64,000 bases of DNA. It comes from Octopus vulgaris. Its lineage: Eukaryota. Numbering within the stretch: position 1 is the stretch's first letter; each line of letters begins with the position of its first letter. Both the position numbers and the translations under genes were made by a program. Below the pieces are notes generated by a model. The model saw nothing but the letters and a program-made list of their open reading frames with translations. It did not search any database and had not been told where the DNA came from. Positions 39,681 to 53,179 of the stretch are shown one piece after another. The stretch is taken from the NCBI GenBank assembly GCA_951406725.2, contig OX597818.1:142538001-142602000 (forward strand). Reading direction: 5' to 3'.

Positions 39681-39886
39681 AGTTGTGCTATGTACTGTAT
39701 TCTTTCTTTGTCTTCTTAATGGTCTGTAGTATCTAATAGAACATCTTTGTCTTCTTAATATTCTATATAGAGCATATATACATCTCATACATACACAACT
39801 GTAGTATAGTTTATGTCTAATAGAATATCCATGTTTAAGTAGGGATAAATATTACTTCTTGGTTTTAATATTGTATTTCTGTTGCT

Positions 39887-39917
<31 letters not shown>

Positions 39918-39926
39918 CTATCTATC

Positions 39927-39967
<41 letters not shown>

Positions 39968-40997
39968 ATACATACACATACATACATGCAGACACACACA
40001 TGTGCACACACACTGACATGCACACAGGAGTACGTCTATGTTTGCGAGTAAATTATCAAGATATATTTTGAAAGATTATGCATTTGATCTCCAAACGAAA
40101 CAAAATCAATTACTTCAAAGAGAAGCAATATAATTCAAAAATATTTTTCTCTTTGTCATTGCAACAACTAACAGCAAAAACCATTCCAGAATGCTGACCA
40201 GAGATCAATATTTGGGAATATCATATACAATATTCTCTAGTTTTTCTCTAGTTTTTGTATTCTCTAGTTTTTCAGCAGTAATAAAACACTTCCCGGATAT
40301 GATCAATATATTTAGGGATAAGAATATATATATCATTTGTTCAGTTTTACACCAGTTTTTCCATACCAGCATGGGTTAGATGAGTATATTAATGAGGCAT
40401 TCTTTTACACCCAGATGCCCTCCCTGCAGTTAACTCTTCCCTGTTTAAGAAATGAGGACTTTCTTGTTTCACACATCTTGGAAGATACTAAGCTAACAGA
40501 TAACAATGTTACAGCTTCTAACTCACTGATTTTTCAAGAGGTACCAATGTAAACAAACACACACACACACAATAGACATCTATGTGTAGTGGCTTCATCC
40601 ATCAGCTTCAACATATGGAAGGAAGATGTAGAAAAACAGAAGACAAAGTGAAGACTGGTCTCAAGATGCCAAGCCTAACCGAAGAGATGACATAGGTGAC
40701 ACGGTACTAGAGAAAACCTGGACTCTTGAGCAAGAAAATGGTAAAACAGGTGAAATAATAATGACTAGAAGGCTCTTGTTGCACTCCTCCTCTCTCTCCC
40801 TGCCTCTCTTTCACTGATTCTCTTTCTACAGATTCTTCACCTCTTTGATGCTTCTCCCTCTCTCCCTCTCTCCCTCCCTCTCTTTATCACACACCCCTCA
40901 CTTCCTCAATCCCAAACTTCAATTGCTCATATTTACCAATATAAGATAGGATAGTTCTGAATCTCCCCAACTCAATTCCTTTGATTTATCCTTATCA

Positions 40998-41037
<40 letters not shown>

Positions 41038-41054
41038 CATTAACCTCTGATACT

Positions 41055-41444
41055 GGATGGATGGAAGCACTCCGTTGGTTACGACGATGAGGGTTCCAGT
41101 TGATCCGATCAACGAAACAGCCTGCTCGTGAAATTAACGTGTAAGTGGCTGAGCACTCCACAGACACGTGCACCCTTAACGTAGTTCTCGGGGATATTCA
41201 GCGTGACACAGAGAGTGACAAGGCCGGCCCTTTGAAATACAGGCACAACAGAAACAGGAAGTAAGAGTGAGAGAAAGTTGTGGTGAAAGAGTACTCAGGG
41301 ATCACCACCATCCCCTGCCGGAGCCTCGTGGAGCTTTAGGTGTTTTCGCTCAATAAACACTCACAACGCCCGGTCTGGGAATTGAAACCGCGATCCTACG
41401 ACCGCGAGTCCGCTGCCCTAACCACTGGGCCATTGCGCCTCCAC
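41055..41444 (-). mobile_element. SINE family A with 14-bp TSD and (TCCA)n tail
   Basis: TAACCTCTGA(T/C)ACT at 41041-41054 and 41445-41458. Confidence 0.9.
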
Positions 41445-42609
41445 TAACCTCTGACACTACTCTTTCTCTTACATTATTCCCCACTTCTGTTTCTTCTGTC
41501 ACCCTCTCTTCTGCCATCTTTACACAATAATATCCTCCCAACATATTTCAATTTCTTTTAACATCACAAGCTTAGCTTATGTCATCATCCTCTCTTCTTT
41601 CTTCTTTCTCTCTCTCCCCCACAGTCCTGGGGCACTAAAACTCTTGCAAATTACAAGGCAACTTCACTAGCATTGTAATAATAAAATGTACTCAAAACAC
41701 TCTGTAAAGCAATGGATGAATCAATCTGATACAACAAATGGTCAAGAGGACTTCTTAGTCTTTCCGAGAGCAGGACAATTTCTCTAGTGCAAGTACATTA
41801 AGAAAATATAAGTGGGGGATTCTGGTGGACCCTGGTGGACCCCTCTGTCATAAACAACTGATGAGTGTTATGCAACTTCTTTTTGAACCATTTGCACAAA
41901 GAATTTGTTTATAATGATCAAATGTTTATGCTGTACATTAGCTTACTTCCTCAATCAAATTGACGTTGATTGTACATATATACAGTGTGCCACAAGTCAA
42001 AGTGATCACAGAGCAACAGGAAATGAAATGTTTTGCTCAAGAACACTACGCACTGCTTAGCCTGGGACTGAAAACCATGATCTTGTGATCATGAATGCAA
42101 CATCTGAACCACTAGGCCACACAGCTTCACTATAGAGCTAATACATTGAGAGAATACATGCAGTATTCTGTGTAAAGTGGTTAGCATTAGGAAAAGCATC
42201 CTGCTGTAGAAACTTTACCAAAAGTGAGACATTTGAACAAGATATTGTTCTTTGAACTACTTAAGAGGGTAATAGCTCACAAAGAGAATTGACGCAGGCA
42301 GTGATGACCCATCCAGCCTACCAGCATGGAAAGTAGAGTTGAAAATGACGAAGATAAAGCTACATCCAGATTTGATCCCACTGCCCATGTTCACTAACTC
42401 CTATACCACAGCCTCGAGAATAAAATCCAACACTGCTAATCTCTCACTATGTACAATCTTTAAGATACATGAATGATTACACATAAAGAGATACTGAGAA
42501 ATGATAGAGTGAATTAAGGCAGAGTAGAGGGGAAAAACAGATTTACATAGAAAGAGAAGTGTACAGACTGACAGACAGACAGACTGAATTAAGTTACACT
42601 TTTTCTCTT

Positions 42610-43016
42610 TTTACTCTTTTTACTTGTTTCAGTCATTTGACTGTGGCCATGCTGGAGCACCGCCTTTAATCGAGCAACTCGACCCCGGGACTTATTCTTT
42701 TGTAAGCCCAGTACTTATTCTATCGGTCTCTTTTGCCGAACCGTTAAGTAACGGGGACATAAACACACCAGCATCGGTTGTCAAGCAATGCTAGGGGGAC
42801 AAACACAGACACACAAACACACACACGCATATATATATATATATACATATATACGACAGGCTTCTTTCAGTTTCCGTCTACCAAATCCACTCACAAGGCT
42901 TTGGTCAGCCCGAGGCTATAGTAGAAGACACTTGCCCAACGTGCCACGCAGTGGGACTGAACCCGGAACCATGTGGTTGGTAAACAAGCTACTTACCACA
43001 CAGCCACTCCTGCACC
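42610..43016 (-). mobile_element. SINE family B, full length
   Basis: Reverse complement closely matches 21295-21690. Confidence 0.9.
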
Positions 43017-43988
43017 TATTAACAATCAATGAGAAAAGTTATTAACAATCAATGAGAAAAATAGAAGTAAAATAAGCACATATGTTCTTGGAGCATTCTC
43101 AATGTATGCGTGCATGTGTATACATGAATGCGTACATACACACATATATTACATACGTACAACCATACATGTATTATATTGCATGTCCACTAAACCACAG
43201 ATAGAAATAGAGAATAATTATAATAATAAAACATTGTGTACAGTGCTCAGGTGCACTACAACTCATCTAAAGTGTATATATAATCAGGTGTAGTTTCGGC
43301 GGATTTCGGGAAGTCTGAGATTATAGAAGAATAGGAAAACATCATTTCAAGTGATTAGGTTTAGTTTAGATTTAGTTCTTTATTTCAATGGTGTATTTAG
43401 TTGCTAAAAAGAAGACCAATAGTCTGTGATTCTCATTTCACTTTAGCACCATTTCTGAAAATAGCAGGCATTGATTAGGTTTGGTTGAAAGACACTGATC
43501 CATATGATAATGATAGCAAAATTAAACACAGAGCTTACTGATCAATGTTTCACATAAAACGAATCATCCGGTTCACTAAGCAAACTGACCAAGCATCAAA
43601 GACAGCATCTTGGAGTTACTTTCAGCTCATCACCTCATCATTGATTAAGATGAAGATGTTATGATGGTAATGTAGTTTCAATGCTGAAATCTGTCCTACC
43701 AAGCTATGCAATGATTGGTTCAAAGTTCAGTCACATGTTTTTATGTTATGAATATTGTACTGCATGCTAAGACAAGGCTCTGTCAAGTCTGATCTGAGGC
43801 TAAACAATGACAAACACAAAACAAATTAGGGGTGGGATATCTTTTGAACATGTAAGAAGTAGATTAGAAGTGGGGGGACCTTTCCTGTTAGAGAGCCACA
43901 GTGAAGTTAATTGCCAGACAAAGGCTGCACTAAAGTAAAGGGTCCATTGGCTGCTATTCTAACTAAACATGTGAGAGTAAGAATGTGA

Positions 43989-44049
<61 letters not shown>

Positions 44050-44303
44050 GTACCATTTGACAACTTGTGGAGGTTTGTTTACATGCCTGTGACTTAGTAG
44101 TTCAGCAAAAACTGAGAATGACAAAATAGATATCAAACTTAAATAATGGGGTTGATTTGATCAACTAAAAATACCCCTTTGAAATGGTTGCCCCAGTATG
44201 GCCAAAGTCAAGTGACTGAAACAAGTTAAAGAATATACCACACCAATATGCAATAGAATATATTACATCAATATACAAATATCCACATGCATCTATGAAT
44301 GTA

Positions 44304-44338
<35 letters not shown>

Positions 44339-45530
44339 TGAGTGAGTGAGAGTGAGAGAGAGAGTGTGTGTGTGTATGTGTGTGTGTGTGTCAGTGAGGG
44401 GCTGCAAAAGCTAGCAAGTCAAAGGGTGGTGCCTATGATATTTTGATCCATTTAGGTTGCTTACCTTTATGTCGGGTCAACTTCACCTTTCCTTCCTTTT
44501 TAAGGTCAATAAAATTAGCAGCAAACAAAATCGAAGGATTGATATAATGTAAATAAGGTCCTTGAAGGCAATGCTCTAGAATCCCCAATGTTTAATGACT
44601 AACCAGTAAATATAAAAAAAACAAAATGAAATAATGTCCTCGCTGGAAATCAAAACTGGATCAGAGAGAGAGAGAACATGCAATAATGATTCTTGTACAA
44701 TAATTATACTGTTGATGTCAATTAGTTTATTAAATATACATGAAGCTGTTTGATACGACAACTGAGTGAGTTACACATGGAATACTTAATGTAATCCTTT
44801 GATTCAGATGTTGAGGGCTGCATCCACTCATGTAAGGAATAATGTTGATGGAGGTTGTGGCAATATTGGTGGTGTTGGTGACAATGACAACAGTGGTGAG
44901 GGCAATTGTGGTGATGGTGGTAGTGGTGGTTGTGATGATGGTGGTGGTGGTGGTGGTGGGTTAGTGATGATTATCATATTCCCATCAATAGTTACATGTA
45001 ATTAGAACAATAACAATAATGATATTGATTTTTAACTACAGGGGAATGGCTTCAGACTTAAAATAGAAATGAGACTGTGTCACAAGCATGCCTTGCCCAA
45101 TGACATGAAAGTCAAAAGAACAGCTTACAATTGAAAATTACAAGTAGACACACCAAGAGTTTATGGTTACTCTTAAGGACATTGACAATGCATGTGTGTG
45201 TGTGTGTGTGTGTAACACTATGCAAATGGCAGTCAGAAGCTGAGATTTGAGGACACTTAGCTGCTGCTTCTTGAAAGTCATGCAACAGGATAGAGGCCTC
45301 TAACTTTATTGGCTCAAGTATATAAATATATGAACTATATTTTGTGTGTGCGTGTTTTCACTTTTCAATTTTTTTAAAATTGCATTTCACATTTATGCAA
45401 AATCGTATTTTACACCAATAATGACAAATATGTTTTTTCAAATAGATAATACAAAAACAACAACAAAGTCCTGTCCAACCCATGCCAGCATGGACAACGG
45501 ATGTTAAATGATGATGATGAATCCAATAAT

Positions 45531-45746
45531 CTTTTCTACTCTAAGCACAAGGCCTGACATTTTTTGAGGGGAGGGGGCCAGTCGATTAGATCGACCCCAC
45601 TATGCAACTGGTATTTAATTTATCAACCCTGAAAGGATGAAAGGCAGAGTCGACCTCGGCAAAATTTGAACTCAGAACATAAAGACAGATGAAATACTGC
45701 TAAACATTTCACCCAGCATGCTAGCGTTTCTGCCAGCTCACCACCT
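45531..45746 (-). mobile_element. SINE family C variant (different 3' tail) with 17-bp TSD
   Basis: ATGATGAATCC(A/C)ATAAT at 45514-45530 and 45747-45763. Head GGTGGTGAGCTGGCAGAAACG. Confidence 0.85.
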
Positions 45747-45779
45747 ATGATGAATCCCATAATAAAACAAAGTACTCAC

Positions 45780-45959
45780 GTTCAAATCTCTCCAGGTCCT
45801 CCTCGGTATATGATCTCCGATTTACAGCTGGAGTTCCTAGTCGTGTTCGATATCTACTGTACAGTTCCTTCTGACCAATGAGCTCTGCTTTGTCGTGTAG
45901 CATATCTAATAGGCTACTGTTTTTATCAGTAGTCAATGGCTGATCAGTGTTACAAAAAC
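45780..45959 (-). CDS. Internal coding exon of an unidentified host gene (180 bp, phase 1-1)
   Basis: Acceptor TATTCTTTTCCTCACAG| and donor |GTGAGTAC. Open frame xFCNTDQPLTTDKNSSLLDMLHDKAELIGQKELYSRYRTRLGTPAVNRRSYTEEDLERFE. Non-repetitive, codon-like composition with retained CpGs. Confidence 0.8.
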
Positions 45960-46162
45960 CTGTGAGGAAAAGAATATTGTTAATATAAAGACAGCTTTAA
46001 ACCACACACAAATGTATGTGCATATATAAATCTATCTCTTTAGACACACACACTTTGATGTAATAATAGCCAATAAAATGTTGGTCAATTTCTCCATTCA
46101 TACATTACATTGTATAAAGCGAGGAGAAACAAGAGTAATGGAAATATACAGAAGCAACTTAA

Positions 46163-46383
46163 CCCTTTCGTTACCAACCCGGCTGAAACCACCTCTGGCT
46201 CTGAGTACAAATGTCTTGTTTTCATAAGTTTTGAATTAAAATCTTCCATCAAACCTTAGTCACAATTTATATTCCTAACACTAGCTGAATGATAACCAAG
46301 TTATTTTACTAAATCCTTTGTTATATTTAAAATAAATTGAAAGAACCACAGAGCATCTCAAAATAAATACAGTAACAAAAGGG
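46163..46383. mobile_element. TTAA-flanked MITE family 1
   Basis: TTAA|CCCTTTCGTTAC...GTAACAAAAGGG|TTAA. Colinear with 11436-11657. Confidence 0.85.
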
Positions 46384-47447
46384 TTAACATATGAAGTGAA
46401 GTATGAATGCTTGGTGGCAGGCAACGAGTGAAAACATGTTGCAGACACTCACACACACGCACGCATGCACACACACACATACACACACACACACACACAG
46501 AAAAACAGAGAGGGAGGTGGAATGGAAGGAGGACGGGAAGTGGGGTCATGAAAAATGGGAGGATAGGAGGAAGAGTGGGAGGAAGAAGAATGCAGAGAAG
46601 GGAGAAAGAGGAGGGTAGGAAGAAGAGGAGGAAGAATGGGGGAGGAAAGTGGACGGGAGGGTGGGTTTAGGAGTAAATGATGAGCAGTTATGGGAGGTTT
46701 ATACAAAGAAAATTTGTTTCATTTAAATTTAATTTCAAGGTAATTAAATATTTTTCCTTTGAATATTAATATTCATTTTATCATTGTGTATAAGTTTCAA
46801 GAAATTTGATAAAAGACAAATTATTAGTGAGTAAATATGCTATATTTCTTGATATTACTTATTCATTGAATTAATGTGATAGTGGTTGAGTATTCCACAA
46901 ATCTGTGTACTTTTAAAGTAATTCTGAAGCAGAATCTGTATGTGTAATGAAGCTGAACCTTTGAATCTCAAGTGCAATCCATTCAATGGGCTTCTGCACA
47001 GTTTCCATCGAAGTTCACTCACTAAGTATGGCTCAATCTGGGGCCATGAGATTGAAACTGAAACCATGCTTGCATGAGTCAGGTGGAATTTGTTGGGGTA
47101 CATTCTCTACAGCTGGATACATTTCCTGTTGCTAACCCTCACCTGTTTCCAAGTAAGATAATATTTCCCCATGGCCAGATATGTTTTTCATGAAAGAGTA
47201 TGATGATGATGATGATGCTCATTTACAACCATCACATGTTATCTAAAGAAGGGTATACACAAACACATACATATACACAATGGGCTTCTATCAGTTTCCC
47301 TTTGCCAAATCCATTCACGAGGCTTTGGGCACCTGCTCAAGGGGCTACACAGTAAATCTATATAGTTGGGAAGCAAGTTTGTTAACCACAGCCACACCTG
47401 TGACTATGTATATATAAATTGTACTTTATAATACAGTGGGTAACATC

Positions 47448-48174
47448 ATCATCATCATCATCATCATCGTTTAACGTCCGTTCTCCATGCTAGCATGGGT
47501 TGGATGGTTCGACCGGGGATCTGGGAAGCCAGAAGGCTGCACCAGGCTCCAGTCTTATCTGGTAATGTTTCTACAGCTGGATGCCCTTCCTAACGCCAAC
47601 CACTCCGTGAGTGTAGCGGGTGCTTTTTACGTGCCACCTGCACAGGTGCCAGGCGAGGCTGGCAACGGCCACGGTCGGATTGGTGTATTTTATGTGCCAC
47701 CGGCACGGAAGCCAGTCGAGGCGGCGCTGGCATCGGCCACGAGTCGGATAGTGCTTTTTACGTACCACCAGACCAGGGATCCTGGCTGGTTCAATTCGAT
47801 TTCGATTTCGCTTGCCCCAACATGTCTTCGCAAGCAAAGGGGTTGGCATGGGTGCCTGTCGTACGGTCGGATTGGTGTATTTTACGTGCCACCGGCACGG
47901 AAGCCAGTGGAGGCGGCGCTGGCATCGGCCACGAGTCGGATAGTGCTTTTTACGTACCACCAGACCAGGGATCCTGGCTGGTTCAATTCGATCTCGATTT
48001 CGCTTGCCCCAACATGTCTTCGCAAGCAAAGGGGGTTGGCATGGGTGCCTGTCGTACGGGCGGATTGGTGTATTTTACGTGCCACCGGCACGGAAGCCAG
48101 TGGAGGCGGCGCTGGCGTCGGCCACGAGTCGGATAGTGCTTTTTACGTACCACCAGACCAGGGATCCTGGCTGG
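47448..48174 (-). mobile_element. Young RTE 3'-end insertion with 2.6 tandem 192-bp units and 21-bp TSD
   Basis: TATAATACAGTGGGTAACATC at 47427-47447 and 48175-48195. (CAT)n tail. Units start at 47671, 47863 and 48056. CpG-rich. Confidence 0.9.
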
Positions 48175-49531
48175 TATAATACAGTGGGTAACATCTCCAT
48201 ATCAAAGGCCAATCACCATGACAAAAAAGGAAGAAAGTATCCCTGGTGTCTATAAGAACCAGCCAGTAACTCTCATTCAATAAGTGGCAGTGAAAATGTG
48301 TCAGTAACAAAGATGTTGAAAGCAAAAAAAATTTTAACACATCAAGGAATAAATGAAAAATGAATTGAACAGTTTTGTGTGTTTTAAATGGCTAAAATAG
48401 CTCTTTCATGATATAGTAGCTCCAGTTTTAGCACAAGGTTATCATACTAAGTCACTTGCCAAACAACTACAGTTCTGAATTCACATTGATCAGACTAGGA
48501 CTTCAGGTTTCATCAGTTATAGCTTAATGAAGTGGTTGAATGGTTAAATACATCATTAAGCATAAAGCAGGAATTCTAGTTAAAACAATATCATCAATGT
48601 ATTTCACTTAGTGTTTAGAGTCCTACCATCAACAAATGTTTTGTTGTTTTCCGACAACTTGAACCATAATACCAAATAGCATTCACGTACAGACACACAT
48701 GTATATAAAAAAATACAAACGGCTATATTTCAATAAAACAAGCCTTTGGCTTTTCCTATCCAAAAGGGGTTTTCAACCTGATATTTACAAGCCATTATTT
48801 ATTGCTTTATGTGTGTGATTCAAGATATTCTCAAAATAGAATTAATTCACATTCTCTTGAAAGGTTATTTAGTTCTTAATGACATCACACATGCACACAC
48901 ACATATGTATACATTTATATATATCTATAATACATTAAAAGTCAGCTTGGATTTTGCTTGCTTGCAGTGTTACCTAGCCAAACTGGCACATAATGGGAAA
49001 ATAGTATGAATTAAGTACCCACTGAAATGTAAATATGAACAGAAAACAAATTTCGCATAAATCGGACAAGTGATTGTAGAGATATTAGGGGTTTTCAGGG
49101 TATAAATACCCAAAACAGTGCATAATGGGGAAAATATTCCAAAATTAAACTTAACTCTGGAAGGGAAGAAACTCTTACCTTTCAAATAGACACAATGACT
49201 AGACAATTAAAATATACAATTTGTTTTTTTCAGTAAACATTTCTATTTTTACTTTTATTAAATACAATATTTTAATCATTTAGAAAGTTGTTTGCACAGT
49301 AAGTATTTATATTTTAGATTTCTTTAAACAGGCAATATTTTAATGTTTTTAAAATTATTTTCAAGTGAATGCCAATACAAAAATCTTTTTGGGTATATCT
49401 AAAAAATATTTTAAAGTAAAAATGACTTTAAAAATGCGGTAAATATTTTGTAAAAGACACGTTTGTAACTTTGGTGTGAAATAATTTTTTCCATAAGTTT
49501 TTTGCAAGTGCATTCAATGCATCTCACCTAC

Positions 49532-49650
49532 AAAGATTTGGCTGCTATTTCTAACTCGCCCTGCTACTACATAACAGTTACTTGCAATAAAGGGCCTGAA
49601 ATACCTGTTACGTGGTAGCAGGGCGTGCAAGAAATGGCAGCCAAATCTTT
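49532..49650. repeat. Imperfect hairpin (46-bp arms), related to a dispersed foldback MITE
   Basis: AAAGATTTGGCTGCTATTTCT...CAG (49532-49577) pairs with 49605-49650. The same terminal motif occurs at ~28970, 57275 and 62938. Confidence 0.85.
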
Positions 49651-49800
49651 CCTTTCCTGAGGAAAGGAGCTGTTTACGTGTGATTTTGATGTCACATTCA
49701 TTGAAAGCCTGCGAATAGAAAAAATTAACCCATGAAACAAAACTCCGTTGCTGGGAAACTCAGACTTTCCTGGTGGTCCAACAGATCATGGGTAGTCTAG

Positions 49801-50322
49801 TCATCATCATCATTGTTCAACCATGGTCGAGACAATGGAATTTACCATGCAACGCCAGACTTCACAGTCCATCGTAGCATTACGGAGGTCCTGTTGCTGG
49901 ATGCCTGTATCCCTGGAGATTACATCAGGGTAGGAGAGTGTGCGCCCTCTGGTATTGCAAGTAGATGGCTTCCAGAGGAGAAGAGTAGAAATTACCTCGT
50001 TTTCAGCTCTACAAAAACGTCCAGCAAACTGGACTCTCCTACGTTTCACAAGACATGACACAGGTGGTAGTTTCCCATATATTTGCATTTTAGTTGGATG
50101 ACGCTTCCATGAGAGATTTTGAGCTCTCATAAGGAGGCGAGTGTAGGTTCCATCCAACCGCCTCTCAAGCTTCTTTGATAACGTCCAGGTTTCTGAGCCA
50201 TATAGTAGAATTGGTTCGACTGTGGCTTTGAAGATTTCAAGTTTGAAGTCTCTACTTTAGATTTGATGACCAGATCTTATGCATATCATTACAGGCTGAC
50301 CAGGCCATACCCTTTCTAGTTA
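49801..50322 (-). mobile_element. 3' fragment of a second RTE-type LINE family
   Basis: FKATVEPILLYGSETWTLSKKLERRLDGTYTRLLM...RRRVQFAG...WRCMV followed immediately by a (GAT)n tail. Confidence 0.85.
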
Positions 50323-50346
50323 TACGTATATGTGTGTGTGTGTGTG

Positions 50347-50393
<47 letters not shown>

Positions 50394-50646
50394 TTACAAA
50401 ATTATGTTTTCACATCAAAAAAAGGTTTTCATATGAAAGTTTCACTGTAAAAATATTAGTGTATGTATTCACATTCTAGTGAATAGTTTTTATATAAAAA
50501 AAGTTTTACTAAATAAGTATTAGTGCATGTTTTTCAGGAAGAGGAAAATCATATTTTACTAACTGGTTTATACTATTATCAACTTTTTTCAAAGTTTAAA
50601 GTAAGTTCTCCAATGTTATTTTTAACTCAGAAAAGTGCCACACACA

Positions 50647-50698
<52 letters not shown>

Positions 50699-50846
50699 GT
50701 ATATGTGTGTGTGTGTGAAATTTGACTGATGACCACCATTGCTGCCATATGTGATTGTTTTTAGTTTAAGAGGCAGAGAGAATAGGGTTTGCTAAGAAAT
50801 AAAAGGGGGTGAGGTGGGAGAAATTTTCCTGAAGGGGAGAGAATTG

Positions 50847-50882
<36 letters not shown>

Positions 50883-50884
50883 TC

Positions 50885-51365
50885 ACCCATGCTAGCATGA
50901 AAAACGGACACTAAACGATGATGATGATGATGATGATGATGATCACCATTTGATGTCTGCTTTCCATGCTGGCATGGGTTGGGTAGTTTGACAGGAGCTG
51001 ATAAGCTTAGGGACTACACCAAGCTTCACTGTCTGCTTTGGCACAGTTTTTATAACTGGATGCCCTTCTTAATGCCAAACACTTTACAGAGTGGATTGGA
51101 TGCTTTTACATGCCACTGGCACAGGTGCCATTTGCATGACACCAATATCTGCCACAACTGTGATTTCACTTGGCTTGATGGGTCTTCTTTTTAAGCATGA
51201 TATAATGCCAAAGGTCTCGGTCATTTGTCATTGCCTCTGTAAGGTCCAACCTTCAGAAGGAGCTTTTCAAATGCCACCAGCATCAGCCACTTTGCCTCTG
51301 TGAAACCCAATGCTTGTAAAGTGCTTTTATGTGCCAGTCACATGACACCAGCATCAGCCATGACT
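50885..51365. mobile_element. Two RTE 3' tails joined tail-to-tail around (GAT)n
   Basis: Plus-strand CCCATGCTAGCATG..GGACACTAAAC(GAT)n abuts a minus-strand tail at 50945-51365. Confidence 0.65.
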
Positions 51366-51377
51366 AGATATTATATG

Positions 51378-51439
<62 letters not shown>

Positions 51440-51441
<2 letters not shown>

Positions 51442-52261
51442 GGGTGTGGGTAAATTGACACCATTTTATATTTTTAATTTTATGCATGTGCATTGTTTGT
51501 TTGTGACATTGTTGACAACACAGTATAGTAGGGTCGGTTGGGCACCATCTGTGAGAGAAAACAGCACCATGACGCAATTCACTCTGCTAGAAATTTGGAA
51601 ATTACATGCTGTGCTGCTTGGCATTCAAGTCAGAAGTGATAAAATCATGCCAAGAGTGATAAAAATCAAACATCCAGTCAACATCATGGTGTTTGGAGTG
51701 ATCACTAGTGATGGTGACGTTATGCCTCCATTCATCTTCCTGCATAGCCTCCACTGAGACCTACATCAAGTGCCTGGAGGAGCTGCTGCTGCCCTGGGTC
51801 AAGCAGATAGCTGTAGAAGACCCTATGTCTGGCAACAGGACTCTGCACCATGCCACACAAGCAGGAGAACCCAGTCATAGCTGTCAAACAAATTCTGTGA
51901 CCACATCACTCCTAACATCTGGCCACCTAATTCCCCAGACTGCAACCCCCATGATTATTATGTGTAGGGTGCAGTTGAGCAAGAGACCAACAAAACTCCT
52001 TGTAACACCAAAGATGAACTGAAGGCAAGGATTATGGTAGCATTCACCAACTTAAACAAGGAGACCATCCAGAAGAGTTGCAGGAGATTCCGAAATCGTC
52101 TGGAGGCAGTGATTGAAGCTAATGGCAATTTTATTGAATAAATTTACTCTTTAGTATTTCAAAATATTTTTATATAATTTTGGTAAATATATCTGTTAAA
52201 ATAAGATGTCAGGGCTATTTTCATTTTTGCGTAATTTAGACAATTCATTCATCAAACCCTG
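51440..52261 (+). mobile_element. Internally deleted maT (DD37D) Tc1/mariner transposon
   Basis: KHPVNIMVFGVITSDG, then WQQD-37 aa-D (WPPNSPDCNPHDYYV), then RLEAVIEANGNFIE* (stop 52139-52141). In-frame TAG stops. Termini CAGGGT...ACCCTG|TA. Confidence 0.9.
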
Positions 52262-52290
52262 TATGTGTGTATATGTGTCTATGTGTGTGA

Positions 52291-52329
<39 letters not shown>

Positions 52330-52665
52330 CATACACATACACACGCACACACACACACGTGCGTGCACACACACACACGTGCGTGCACACACACACACGT
52401 GCGTGCACACACACACAGAGTAACATACATGAGAGGCTTTTTTCAGTTTCTGTCTACCAAATCCACTCACAAGGCTTTGGACAACCTGGAGCTAAAGAGA
52501 AGACACTTGTTTAAGATGCCACACTGTGGCTCTGAACCCAAAACTACGTGGTTGAAAGCAAGCTTATTACCATATAGCCACGCTGTATCTAATGTATGTG
52601 TATGTAAGTGTGTGTGTGTATATACAAATATATAAATATATTTGTGTACACACACACACAAACAT

Positions 52666-52877
52666 ACCATAATAAAGTCAGGAGGTACGAGAAGTGAATA
52701 TATTTATTTAACCACTGGACATCCTTGGGATTATGGTTGTTTTGCAGCCTTCTTCATGGAGTAATAATTTCGGTGTGGAATAAAATACATGACGGCAGCA
52801 AAATGACCATAATCCTAAGCATGGCAAGTGATTAAATGAATATATTCAGCTCTTGTATCTCCTGACTTTATTATGGT
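52666..52877. repeat. Imperfect inverted repeat (~85-bp arms)
   Basis: ACCATAATAAAGTCAGGAG...TTTTGCAGCC pairs with GGCAGCAAAA...CTCCTGACTTTATTATGGT. Confidence 0.9.
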
Positions 52878-53067
52878 TTATGAACTCCTCATGAAATAAT
52901 TTCATTGATATGATCTTCTGGATTTCAGTTGCATGGACACTTTTCTGTATTGGATTAGTATATGGTCTGTTAACTGAGTCTGTTAGAGGAGCTTACTGTG
53001 ATTACCATCCAGTTCTCTGATTCCATATCTTATACCACAAAATTATATGTGTATGTGTGTGTGTGTG

Positions 53068-53110
<43 letters not shown>

Positions 53111-53179
53111 AATTTTTTGCATTATGAGATAAAAAAAAAACCAAGGCTGTGTAGATATTAGAACATTTATAGATAGAAG

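Noticed and set aside
43017-43060. 23-bp tandem duplication next to a SINE
   Set aside because: Ordinary slippage-type duplication.
47487-48179. 230-aa repetitive ORF
   Set aside because: It is antisense to an RTE 3' UTR and stays open because of GC content and the 192-bp (64-codon) unit.
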